Assembly (NCBI RefSeq): GCF_003704095.1 | Contig: NW_020846086.1 | Coordinates: forward strand, 124,001 to 188,000 | Length of the DNA stretch: 64,000 nucleotides | DNA from: Pocillopora damicornis | Lineage: Eukaryota | Direction of reading: 5' to 3' | Part shown: one piece after another, positions 51,828 through 64,000 of the stretch | Position numbering within the stretch: position 1 is the stretch's first letter | Layout of the letters: each line of letters starts with the position of its first letter | Translations under genes and position numbers: made by a program | Notes under the pieces: generated by a model | Seen by the model: the letters and a program-made list of their open reading frames with translations, nothing else | Database searches by the model: none | What the model was told of the DNA's origin: nothing

Positions 51828-54800
51828 ATCCAAATCCAGTTGATAACCTCAGGGTAATTTTTCTTAATGTCAACTTTGTTTAAAAGCAATTTGACTTAAT
51901 TTCCCTGCTCCTATAAGTACTGAGAGGCCCTGCTGAGAAGTTTGTATATCTATTTAGTAATATTCTATTTTTGGTTATTCAAGAATTAGAGAGAAAAAGG
52001 GAGACCAAATTGATATTGACATTGAAAGGGCTTTTAAGTACAACCAATATTTGCAGGAGAACAAAAGTTTTTTCTTCTAGAACTTTCCTTAAGTAAAGAA
52101 ATTGAGAAGGAAATTGCTGAATAATTAGGGGCAAAACATCAGGACATTGTTGTCATGACTATCAGGATCAGTGAAAGAAAATGCTATTGGGTGGTGTTAA
52201 ACTGTGGTTTTTAATTAGATCAGTGTTCATTTGTTCTGTTGTGTCTTGAATAATGATAATCTTTGAAAGAAAACAGTGAAGCGGATTTTACTACTGTGGG
52301 AAAACAGAGCAGTATTGTTTGACTGTTTGCAAAGCTCCTGCGATACCTGTGAAGGGAAATTGTGTGTCTCTATGCTAGCAAAACACGCACTCTGTAATAA
52401 ATATAATAACATTTCGTCAGTTGTCACTTAGGTGGTTTGCTTTAGCAGGATTGGTATTTACTCTGGAAGGATGTAAGACTGTCATCTTCCTAGTATAAGT
52501 TTATAATGCTAATACCAATCAATGTGCAGCTGTGATTTTGACAGCAGAGATCATTCCATATGCCAAAAATACTTCACATTTTGTCTTTCATTTGGCAGTG
52601 GGTTATCTTTCTTACATGAACATCTATTAAATATTTGAACAAAATGACAACAGTGACCAGCGGCTTATGAAAAATATGCAGTTGTTCTTTGAATTGTATT
52701 GTTTTGTTTTGGTTGTTTTGTGTTAAAGAAAAAAAAAGACGGACAAATGAGATCTCGCTTCGGGACTTTGAACTTCAATCCGTTATTTAACGCCCGTTGC
52801 CTTATTGTGCGGCTAATGGCATAATACATTAAAGCCTTTGATATGGAAATTTAAGGCTGCAAGCCAAATAATGAAAGTCGAACAATTAAAAAGTTACTGC
52901 CTATGATGCAGATCGCTTCACAACGGTTAATTTCAAATTCTATATTAGTGTAAAAAGGGCGATTTCATCGATAAAACTCCAAATTTAGCTGTTACACTTG
53001 ACCGTTGGTCGGATTTGAGATGTTTATGATTGCGGAAGAATTAAAATTTGTCCTCTTTTCAGAGGGAGTGTGAAAAGCTTGCCAGGGTGCGGAGAATTTT
53101 TAAGCTTGATCAATACGAGATTATTCCGTTACATCGTGTAAATTATTCCTTTGAAACTTTAGAAACTACCAATACGGATTTTAAGTTTAAACTTTCATTT
53201 AGTCTAGATTTTGAATACATATATTTCTTTTGATGAACAGTAATTTCTGCTTTCGTAATGAGCTGGTGCAACAAGTGCTGATCAAACAAAAGTTTCTCCT
53301 GCCCTCAGACAAGTCAAAAGATCATCTGAGTACTGGCAAAAATTGCTCGCAGTTTAAAAGAGTAAACGATTGTTGTTCGGTGTGGGTGAAATCCGTGGCA
53401 TCGTCGACTCGTTAAATTTCGTACAGCGCTGTTTGGAAATCACGAAGAGTTTCCTGCTATACGTTTCATGTCCCTTCGAAGGTAAGAAGTTGTATATATC
53501 GATTCTAGGATCGTTTGTGGTGGACTGATAACGTTCGCATTGCTTAATTTCTTTCATCTCCAAGCGCCCGCGACGTGTTATTTTGCAAGCTAGCGTTCAA
53601 ATTTCAATGGAACAAGTAATGCAATGACAGTCCCCTTGTCTGCTGGAAATGTGTGAAGAATTTGTTGCAAGCTCGTGCTAATGAGTGGATTAATAGCGTT
53701 TCGTCTATAAGCTAATGTCGCCAAGTTCAGTTCTAACGTCAGGGTGGTACGAACCTTCGGCTTGAGGTTTCTTTGTGTGGATTCGTAGACAACGTGATAT
53801 GAATAATTATTGAAATGGTTTCCTTCAATTCTGTTCATTTTAATGATAGAGAAAATGCTATTAACGAAGATAAGAACTTAAACTTCTCTTAATGTGTGGA
53901 AACCCATACCGATGAATATATTACGTGCTTCCTGTCGGCGCGTGGAGATAGTTTACACTGAATCGTTCAAACTCTGAATATGATTAGATATTCCGCGCTC
54001 ACGTTGTTCAGGGACAGCCGAAATGTTGCCTGAGTTGTAATTACATTACTTTTCTCAAATCTGAGGGATATTCATGGCGACCCGTCGCGTTTAATACTAA
54101 GTGAGACCGATCGCTGAATCGCAGAGAGGTTGTTTATATTGTAAAGTACCTTTGTTGCCCTTTTAGTGGTTGTGATATTGGCTGGCAATGGCATGAAACA
54201 TGCTTCTCCGTTTATTGTCGCCACGCTGAGTTTCTTTCTTTTAATGGAATCGATCAAACGTTTGCACCTAGGAGTTTGATGGTTTATTTTCCATGGCGGT
54301 CTCGCTGAAACATTTCTCGTTCGGCAAGAAGCCAAGAAAATCCAGCTTGTTTTTTTGCGGAAAACCATTTTTGTTGTTTGTTCAGAGGAAAGTTATTTCT
54401 TGCGATTTCCGCTGATTGATACTTCAGTCGTAGAATTTTCTTCGTTTGCGTTCGGAATTAATCGCCTTATTATTGTGACTCGTTATTTTTTTTTCATCTC
54501 CAATATTTGGGCGGCATATTTTCTGATGTTACTGTTTGTTTTTTATATTTCATAATACATATGTTTGTACTTAAAATCTACCATGCTAGAATTTTCTTGA
54601 ATAACGTGGAGATAAAATTTTAAAAAATGAGCAACTTTTTTTGGTCAGAAGCTTTCTCACCATTGTCTAAAATTATTTGTTAAATACAATTATTCAGCAA
54701 ACCTTTTATTTAGTGGCCCTAGATGACGTTCCCGCGAAATAAATTGTTACTTATATTTTGCAGCTTTATTTTGTCTGCTAAGATTAAAATTAATTGGAAG

Positions 54801-56322
54801 CATATACTTAAGTTCTAGAAATATCCATCCCACTCCTTGTCTGATAAAAACAGGTTATTTGAACTTTCTATCCTGATGTAGAGAACAATTTGCTATTTTG
54901 GATTCCATTTCCTTGTGCCTGTCATACTGTAGCATAGCATGTCCCCAGTAATGCAGGCAATATTTAAACACCTGAGAATGCTGATGAAAATTGAGTAAGG
55001 TAGTTGAGACTCGCCTAGGCATGATGATTTAATGAAAATGATTTGAAATGTAAGATCAAACAGATATAGAAGCTTATAATTACATGCATACTTATTATGC
55101 TTGATATGCAAGCATATTAAAATTTTTTTTTGAATAAACTAAATGACATTTATAAAAAAATAAGTACCTGTTAGTAAAGTTGAAGGTTTCATAAATTTTC
55201 ATTGCATTAAATTATAGAAAGTTATCTTCAAATGGAATTTTAAGTTTGGTAGCCTATATGATTGTTGAATGATCTGTAGAAGTTATTCTTGAACACAACA
55301 GGAAAGCCATATTTTTTAAAAAATATCACACATTCCGAAGGTGATGGTAAAAGGTGAACAAGATTATTATTTTAAGACATAAATCTACATTACTAAATAC
55401 AAGTCTTCAGATAATTATCTATATTCAGACTTTTTTTTCTCTGTTCTGTAATGTTTTGATGAGGACTGAAATAACAGATTCAGTGATATGAGAGGGATAT
55501 CAGTGTCATTAAACATTATTGAGTTTTAAATTAATTTTTGAGGTGAAAATTAGTGGGCCAGTGAGCCAGTCAGATTCATTTCTAGTCAAGTGGTATGATA
55601 AAGAACACAAATGTATTGCTTTGGGAAAACTAAAATTTAATTAATTAAGCAAAGGATGGTAAGAGTAGTACTTTATTATAGAGAGGCCATGTTTTTACAT
55701 GCATGGCCTATCAAGCTTATACTTATGATTATTAAAGAGCCTTTTAGATAGCAATCTGTTTTGAAGTAGACGGCATGTCTGAGAAGAAGAATGTTGTTAA
55801 TTAAATATGAATCCTGCCATCTCTCGAGTTGTCTTGTTTTTACGGAGTCCCTATTTGCATCAGAAAAGCTGTATTTTGTATTCTTGGCAAAAAATCCTCC
55901 ATGGAATCATAACAGATTTTCTCAGTAAATGTAGGTTACATTTTTATCTTTAGCAACCTCAAAATTTTTTCTTTTCATCACAGTATTTATGGAAGGTGTT
56001 TTTATGCGTAATTAATATATTTTTTACACAATGAAAAGGCAGTGAATCATAGAATTGAAACTTGAGAACTGAAAATTTAAATTGCAGTATGTAATGCATA
56101 GATTTGGTTTGGAAAGGAAAGAGATGTCATTCCAGAATGTGTAAATATTTTTGAATTGACTATGAAATCAATATTTGCATTTGGAGTGTAGTAGGAATCC
56201 TTAATTATAAAGTAAACATTATTATTATTATTATCATCATTTTCACAATCATTTAACTCAAAGGTCATAAGAAGATACTAAGAAAGATGCTTAAAGTTTG
56301 CATCATATTCTTAATTTTACAG

Positions 56323-59300
56323 ATGAGACCTGCAACATATGCAGTGCTGCTGTTTCTTGTGGCAGCAGTGTCTGGTGTAAGAGGAATAAACAGCACAGTA
56401 AGCCAAGGTGTAGGAAACAGTAGCTTACAAACCAACCTTAGTACCACGGTGATGCCGATAACACAGGTCTCTACAGATCTGCCAGTCAATGCTACTGATA
56501 CTACTCCAGGGATAAAGAAGGGAAAATGCTATGACTTTGATGTGTTTGTCCTGAATAACCAACTCAACATACCTTACACTGTCACATGCTGTATTGCTGT
56601 CCTCTGTGGATTTTATCTGATTTTATTTGGTGAGATAATCTTCAAACCTTATATTATGTTAGTATTGTAAGGATAGGAATAATGATCTATAGTTGATGAA
56701 TGGTTTTAAGTACAAAGATAACTGTACAAAAGTTTTGCATTTAATGGAATGATTTTTCACCATCATGGAAGTCTGGAGATAGAAAAATTTTGAGATGGAT
56801 AAAGATGATAACAATTGCATATTTCTAATGTAATTTCCCACTTAATGAGGAATATGCAGAGGAAAAATGATGCAAGAAATTTTACTACGCAAATCTAAGC
56901 TATACAGAGGAACTATCAACAAAAATGTGACTTGGTAAGATTGCTCCCCCAAATAAATTTCCGTAAAGGCCAGTGAGCCTTAGTGTTGAGAACATGATCT
57001 CTTAACCCTTTAACTCTTAGTAATGATTGACTAGCAACTTCTCCCTATGTTATCCATACATTGTCCACTAAACAGGTAATGAGAATACTCAAACTTAACA
57101 GGTAGAAGTTTTAATTTTGATCTGACATAAAATTGTCATGACCAACTTACAAGGAAGTGTGTAGCAGCTAGAGAGGAGAATAAACAATCAGATTTGGGAG
57201 TTAAAGGTTAAAGAATGTAATATAAATAGTATTTTATATAATCACTAAGAAAATTGGTGAGTAAGAATGAGGGAGTTTACCCTACCCAGCATTTCAGTCA
57301 AACAAAATACAGTGAACTTACATTACATCATAAAATATTATTCAAGGTCATTTGGACTATTTGTAATTTGGCATTTTCTTCATTGGCAGGTTACAGATTC
57401 TTCAAGTGCAGCCTTTTCCTCTTGGGATTCCTACATGCCACCTTTGTCACTTACGTCATCTCTATAAACCATGCTGACCTGCCTATGTGGGGTATTGTTG
57501 CCGTCAGTGCAGCTGTTGGAGTATTCTGTGGTCTTTTGACAATGTTCTGCTCATACTGTGGTCTATTCCTGGCAGGATTAGGTCTTGGATTTTTCATTGG
57601 TGTAGCCATATTTTTTGTCATCTCAACATTTTACCATGTGACTCTTGTGTGGATACCATTTGGGGTTCTCCTTGGCTTAAGTTTGATCTTCAGTTTATTG
57701 ACATTAAGATGGCAGAAAGGATTCTTCATTGTGGCAACGTCTCTCATTGGTGCTGCACTGATAACAGGTGGTGTGGACTATTTCACTGAAGAGTTTGTGC
57801 TTCTCAATTACACCCGACAGCACATCATGGCAGGTGATGTCCAGGTGGAGTGTTGGGTGACGTGGATCATCCTAGCAATATGGCCTGTCATGTTCATCCT
57901 TGGAAATGTGGTGCAGTTCTGTAAAACAGGAAGAAGTTTTAGTCACAAGAAAAGTGAGTTTAAAGTCATTACAACAAATTACTTTTTGATGGAAACAAAT
58001 AAGGATTTGCTTAGCAAAAATCCCTCAGTTACCCGTGATCTAATATCAAATTTCCCCTTTGATTCACATGCATTTGGAAGGCAAATTAATAGAAGAATCT
58101 ATCAGTCATTCAAAAGTGGCTTAAAAGTTGGGCTCTTAATCAGTGTTGAAGACACAGTTGACGTAAAACAATAGAGGACAAAAATACCAATTGAGAGAAC
58201 AATAAGTTTATGAGCTGGTTTTTTATTATTATATATGATTTTCATATATCTACTATCATTATTCATCAGCTTGTGATCTGTTGACTTGAACTAATTGACA
58301 TGTCTTTTTCCTTTCAATGTATCAATAGAAATATCTTTGTCAAAATTTTTTGATTTTTTAATAAGAAGTTTTTGTTATTCATTTTGTAGGATCAGACTCT
58401 GTCTCTCTCCAAGGTGAAGATAAAGCCATGAAGAGATACCGCAGCCTCAACATGAATGGCGATGTTGTTGCTAAGGTTAGTGAACAATAATTATCTCTTT
58501 GAAATACCAGTTATACATTAGATATTCTTGTAACATTGCTTAACCCTTTAACTCCCAGAAGTGATTAACATAAAACTTCTCCCTACAATATCCATAAATT
58601 CTTTACCCAACAGGTAATGAGAATATTCAAACTTATCAGGTAGAAGCTGCTATCTTGATCTAGCACCAATTTCTCATAACTAATTTACAAGGAAATGTGT
58701 AGCAGCTACAGGGGAGAATTAACAATCAGATCTTGGGAGTTAAAGGGTTAATACATGTGTAATCACAACAGACAGTTAAAATAATGTTTTAGCTCCACTC
58801 AATTTCAACTCTGCTGTTGATTCACCACAATTCTATCTTCAAACTGCAATTTTGATATTCTCTAGAGGGAGCCTATTATGTAAAAGCCTTGTAGTGTCTC
58901 ATGGGCTTTCATGTTGCTATCTTCAGTCTTAATTTGCTTTTTCACAATCGCAATTTGATAGTTAAATTTATCATGAAATCAACAAAATAATATTCAAAAA
59001 TAAATTGAGGGGTTTACAGCTAATTGGATGGGGGTGTGAGAATAACAATCACACATATAATGCTTTGACTTCTTTTGTAATGATTGAAAATGATTGAAAA
59101 TTCCTGCTTGACCACTACTGCAGGAAATTAACTAAAGAATTATACTACAGGTGCACTGTCTTTTACAAGAAAATATGAACTTAAGATAGTGCCTTAAGGC
59201 ACCCACTAATTCTTGTAAGAGCACAGCTTCGACAACTATGAAACGCATAGCTTGTTAGGTTGTAGAAAAATTGTGGGTTTAGAAGCTCTCTACCTTTTTT

Positions 59301-59584
59301 CAGAGATGCTGACCATACATGTTCATACAATTGTGTTATATCCAAGCTGTGAATTTTGTAGATAAATTTGTTCTTTCCTTACTTCAAATATTTTACCAAC
59401 TTAACCCAAATTTTTTTGTTGGAAAATATTTTAATTGATCCAAGGATAAAAAATGACTGAATTATAGCAAACAGAAGTTTTCTCAACATTACTCTGAGAT
59501 GCATCAATAAAATTTGTTCTCCTTTTTTTGTTGCAGTCCTATTATACAAAAGATGAAGATGAAAGACGTCCCACTGAAGTATAA
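56323..59584 (+). CDS. TMEM198: Transmembrane protein 198 (DUF4203/TM7S3-TM198 family)
   Basis: Exons 56323-56629, 57390-57953, 58390-58475 and 59537-59584 in frame. Motifs LFGYRFFKCSLFLLGF, GVFCGLLTM, ATSLIGAALITGGVDYF, CWVTWIILAIWP and NGDVVAKSY, matching recalled TMEM198 (FFGYRCFK, NGDVLSPSY). Confidence 0.92.
57002..57211. mobile_element. piggyBac-type MITE, subfamily A
   Basis: TTAACCCTTTAACTC ... GGGAGTTAAAGGTTAA in a TMEM198 intron. Confidence 0.8.
58540..58751. mobile_element. piggyBac-type MITE, subfamily A
   Basis: TTAA-CCCTTTAACTCCCA ... TGGGAGTTAAAGGG-TTAA; closely similar to 381-592. Confidence 0.85.
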
Positions 59585-60789
59585 TATTTTAACTTCCCAA
59601 AAACTCACTTGTGCAGCTGAACTAAGACAAGAAATTTGCAGTCTTCCAAGTTGACCATTGAGTTCTCTGTGCTGAATCTGGAAAGTCTCTCTGCTGATCA
59701 TGCATTTTTAGTTTTAGGTTCAATGATTTTGGTATTACCTTAAATAACCTGTAGACTGAGTCTTTCAAAGCCTTAAAGTCTTTTCAATCATAACTTTTTT
59801 TGTACATGCATAGGTGACTATGATTATGAGACTTAACCGACAGCTCATCAACATCTCATCAAGCCCCTTGTCTTGGAGCAATTTAAGAATTGTTTTGCAT
59901 TTCCTCCGTTCACTATAAAGCTGTGGATTAGTCACCATAATCTATGTGAACATAAGTAAAAGATGATATAATTCAGTGAATGACACAGGCGTACTCAGGA
60001 AAAAAAGATCTGAGTGCTCCCTATAAGAGCTAAACCTATGACCTTCCTATTATGTAATTTAGAAATGACCATGTTCATTTTACAATATGTTAACATGATG
60101 CGTCAATCAACTTAAAGCTTCAAAAACCCCTCACCCCTCTCTCCAGCAGCACTCTGGCATTATGGCATTTTAACTCAAAATATGATGTTAAAGTTTCAAA
60201 TTGATTGGCACATAAGAAATCCATAGTTTGCAGGATGAAGCATGTGCATTATCATGAAAAAGGTGCCAGGGAGTTTCAAAGTAATTTTATGATTGATAAA
60301 TGTAAATGTGTGATCATATAGAGATGATGAGGAAATTTTGATGCTGATAGACATGAAAAAAATAGGATACTTCTAACAGTTCATGTACAGCTTCAAATTT
60401 TGTTTACAGTCTAAAGTTAAATCTGAAACTATGAGACAAGGTTGTTTGAAAAGGATGAATGTTTGAATCTTACAAGTTTTTTTCCTATAATGAAATCTTT
60501 AAACATTGTATTATTTTGTCAACCTTGGTAGACAGGTTTCTTTTGATTTTCAACCTCTATAACTTTTATCTGAGATGGTTGACATTCATGAAGGAATTTT
60601 TTAGTTTTATTGCAGCCAGGAATGAATTTTATGTAATTTATTTGTTCAACAAACAAAGGAACAGCCAACTATGAGTGAGTATGTACAAGGAGTGTGGCTA
60701 TTGATATATTTTTTCGTAGCATTATGTATAGAGTTAGATTCATTAAACTGTAGATACATTCCATCAAAGAGTCTGTGGTGTTGTATTTT

Positions 60790-60999
60790 TTAACCCTTTA
60801 ACTCCCATCTGTGACCAAGACAGAATTTCTCCTTACAATATCAATACAATATCGAGCAGACAAGTAATGGGAATAAAGAGAAACATCAATTTGGGTATTA
60901 AGTTGATCTAATACCAAATCCTCAAATCTAGACTGACGAGAAATACACGGCAGACAGAAGGGAGAATTACCATTAAGATCTTAGCAGTTGAAGGGTTAA
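60790..60999. mobile_element. piggyBac-type MITE, subfamily B
   Basis: TTAA-CCCTTTAACTCCCA ... AGTTGAAGGG-TTAA with the subfamily B interior. Confidence 0.8.
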
Positions 61000-61671
61000 T
61001 ATTTGGGCTGTTGACTTCGCACAATACATAAAAATCGTGAATAATTACCTTCCAACAAATATATAGTCATCCAACAACGTAGAATAATTATTGGATGCTA
61101 TTTGCATGAATTATGTGTGGGAATAGCAGACAAATTATTGGTGCAAGGTGAAGGCTGAGGCAAATCTTTGATCTGTGAGACTGACAAATATGGTTATTTC
61201 ATATTTGATCGCCTAGCTGTTTTTTTGCAAAATATTCTCTGTCATTTTCCCAAAGGCGAGCATAGCCACAAGGAGGCAAGATGTTACTGTAATATATTGA
61301 CGTTTAAGGAGGGATCTTCAAGGGTAAAAACGGAAATTAGGATTGGCCATGTTTTTGCTCTGGGAAAATAGGATTTAGGTCTCTGGAATTAGAACACTTA
61401 CAGGTCGGATGACAGTCATCTTGCGCGGACCNNNNNNNNNNNNNNNNNNNNNNNNNNNNNNNNNNNNNNNNNNNNNNNNNNNNNNNNNNNNNNNNNNNNN
61501 NNNNNNNNNNNNNNNNNNNNNNNNNNNNNNNGTCCTGTAAACCCAAGCAACTCATGCCTATCACTCTAACCATAGTGGTTTGTTCTTGTTCTGTACTGTA
61601 TTTGCTTGATAGTATAGATAGATTGAGTTTTTGTTTTTATTAAAAAATAAAACCCTATATTAAGGTATGGA

Positions 61672-61835
61672 GTGGTATGTTACAATCAGATCACTGCATT
61701 TGGTTATGTATCTTGCACCAATCAGATCTATGCAGTGGGGTATGTTTCATGCACCAATCAGATGGCCGCAATAGGATATATATCTCACACCAATCACATT
61801 AAAGCATTGAGGGATGTTTGCACCAATCAAATGTC
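61672..61835. repeat. 36-bp minisatellite with CACCAATCA core
   Basis: CAATC at 61683, 61719, 61755, 61791 and 61824 (spacing 36, 36, 36, 33). Confidence 0.8.
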
Positions 61836-62000
61836 ACGGTGTTGTCCTTCATGTCAATGAGGTCATGGAATTAGGGTGTCGCAAAGTGTTGCAGTAGAAC
61901 CAACTCAACATTGATGCACACTAAGAATGACAACAACAAAGAATTGTGAGCTCATCTATCCAGTAAATGGAAAACATGACTTGCATGTCTTTTATTTCAG

Positions 62001-63503
62001 GACTGCGGAGTCTTACTGTGGGTTTAAGTGTCCATTGTAGTAGTTCAGAACCAGGAAGGGAAAGGACAAAAGAACTAAAGAAGAAGATGAAGTCGTAAGT
62101 TCTTTAATTAAAGTAAATTCAAAGAAAAAATTAACAGCTCTCGTAGCTTTATTGGGTAGAAGACGGTAAAAACAAAGAAAACATATAATGATATTACATG
62201 ACTCCTTTAGCTTTATTGTGCTACAAACACAATTGGCTTTCTTTTTCAGCTCTCGAAATAAACAGGTCATTCTTGATTCTTTTTGAAGTGAATATGTTGG
62301 TCACTATGTTGGTTCCAAATAATGAATTTTCATCAGCAGTTCACACATATGATTTTCACATACTCACTGTCACTTCACAGGTTTATTTGGGACCAACATA
62401 GTGACCAGCTCCCAATTGGCTTGATAGCTCAGTTGATCATGGGTTTATGGGTTGAAATCCCATACAGGGCTGATTTTTTTTTTCAGGCCTTATTTTCACT
62501 ACTGCTCAAGTAGTGTTCATTACTGTGAAGATTGCTTTCATATTTATGTCTTTGTCTGCAGTTCATATATATGATTTTCATATATTCACAGTCATTAATA
62601 AATCCTTCATTGACCAATCTTGTCCAGTCAAGATGGCTGGAAATTAGCCTTGTTCCTTTTTTTGGACCTTGACCTTGACTTTGTCCTTGATAGAACTTGG
62701 CAAATATTCAGCCATGTTGACCTCATGTTTAGTCAATAATGCCAATATAAGAGAGACTGACCTTTATCACAGTAAGCATGCAAACATTTCAACATGTTCT
62801 TTCGCTGGGAGCACATCAACTAATCCTACACAGTGCAGAATGTTGAACAATTGAAAATAAAATGTGCCAGTTAGCAAATGATTGCAAATGCTTGATTTTG
62901 AAAAGTTTCTGCCATGTTTTTTCTTTATCAGTCTTGAAAATTGACTTTTGCTTACTTACTTATACTAGATTCCACAGAAAATCTTTGCATTACCTATACC
63001 AAAAGCATTTATTTTACATTTTTTCAGGGCCAAAGACCAAGTAAAAGAGAGAATAGATACACTATCTGCCAGCATTAATGCACCATCGGCCCCCAGTGGA
63101 GATGTGGTGGATACTGTAAATCAAAATGGACATCTTACAACTGAAGACCAACTTGAGATATTATCACATGATGATGGAAATCCATGGGAAGATGTCAAGG
63201 AATTATTGGTTCTGGAAGACAGTAAGTACATGTTAGTAGTATGTGACACTGTAAATTGAAAGTGCTTTCCAAGATGATTTTTTAACTGTCATGACTGTGC
63301 AGACTTGAGAGAAAAAGGCAGAAATTGATTTCAATCTAGATTCAATTGTTTAGCGTAAAAGTGAACAGATGTGTCTCATTCACTGAAAACTTTTCTTTTC
63401 AACACAGGTGTCAAAATGTTTTTCGTCAGTGAACAAGGAGGTGTCACAACACTCTCTCAACCTCAAACTCTACGTGCCTTTCAGTTTGTCAATCATAAAC
63501 CAG
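62001..63503 (+). CDS. SPART: Spartin (SPG20), partial: end of the MIT domain and start of the downstream conserved domain
   Basis: Exons 62001-62094, 63028-63221 and 63408-63503 in frame: LRSLTVGLSV..PGRERTKELKKKMKSAKDQVKERIDTL and ELLVLEDSVKMFFVSEQGGVTT..TLRAFQF. Colinear with recalled spartin (HLLRGISI..PGWESARQMQQKMK..VRTRL; ELILIPNGVQIFFVNPAGEVS). First exon not found (possibly in gap 61432-61531); the gene continues past the window end. Confidence 0.8.
62334..62596 (+). mobile_element. tRNA-derived SINE-like repeat with terminal direct repeat
   Basis: A-box TAGCTCAGTTG (about 62423), degenerate B-box GGTTGAAATCC (about 62450), and direct repeat GCAGTTCA..ATATGATTTTCA..ATA.TCAC at both ends. 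Confidence 0.65.
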
Positions 63504-64000
63504 GTAAATCTAAGTTTAAACATAATGCATAATACATGTCATCATAGTATGACAAATGCTTTCAGTGTCACTGAGCAGAGATATAACACTACATACTTCA
63601 GCAATGTAGTTTCACACTTATCACAGTGATGTCCTTTTTCAGAACAGGTTAATGGGTGGAAATCTCACAAGGAGTGATCCTGTGGTCCTCCAGGGTTTTG
63701 TTAAAATTTTAATTGCTGAGGCATCCTTATCATAGTAGCCAGGTCAAGTTAATTTAACCTAGAAGTGAACTCCATGATATCCACCAAGCAGAGGTTCTAC
63801 AGTAAATAAACAGTTCATGAAGAAAACAGAACTGTCTTGAAGCATGGCTCAAGAACCAACCTCTCCACCCCCACTTCCCCAACAATCTGGAGATACAAAT
63901 GGCTTCCATTGCCTGAATTTTATCTTTGCCCAAGTTTCATTTCACCTCGTAAGACATTTGTTGACTTAAATTCAGGTTTTTTTTGTTTATGGTGCATGCT

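Noticed and set aside
57254-57389. N-terminal part of the 306-aa ORF (and its tail 57954-58174)
   Set aside because: Intronic read-through; the splice acceptor at 57388-57389 and the donor after 57953 define the real TMEM198 exon.
18538-59584. Functional Wnt cluster (LRRFIP2 and TMEM198 are both reported Wnt activators)
   Set aside because: The genes are about 29 kb apart with unrelated genes between them; ancestral linkage explains the proximity without co-regulation.
61672-61835. CRISPR-like array
   Set aside because: Eukaryotic context, a short degenerate core, intervening sequences homologous to each other, and no cas genes.
62410-62475. tRNA gene
   Set aside because: The anticodon arm region is deleted or degenerate and it is embedded in a repeat; treated as a SINE head.

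Overview
AT-rich eukaryotic genomic DNA with GT-AG introns and several N gaps. The gene set and repeat landscape suggest a scleractinian coral, which is an inference. Seven spliced or partial genes were reconstructed by eye. Conserved genes: RIF1 (5' exons, minus, runs off the left edge), a MARCH4/9/11-type RING-CH E3 ligase (minus), LRRFIP1/2 (plus), a PHOSPHO1/2-type HAD phosphatase (plus, in-frame TGA), TMEM198 (plus) and spartin (plus, partial). A CpG-richer accessory block (about 28.5-46.5 kb) holds a PAN-EGF-C-type lectin gene, a decayed hAT-like transposase bracketed by TAGCCTGCAG inverted termini, an intronless orphan ORF with a Mondo/ChREBP-like 'RIQNALWRDWW' motif, and a PAN-EGF-fibrinogen-like gene with an in-frame TGA. 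Repeats include TTAA-flanked piggyBac-type MITEs, other MITEs, a tRNA-derived SINE and a Penelope-like fragment with a minimal hammerhead ribozyme. Gene identities rest on recalled family sequences, not on database searches.
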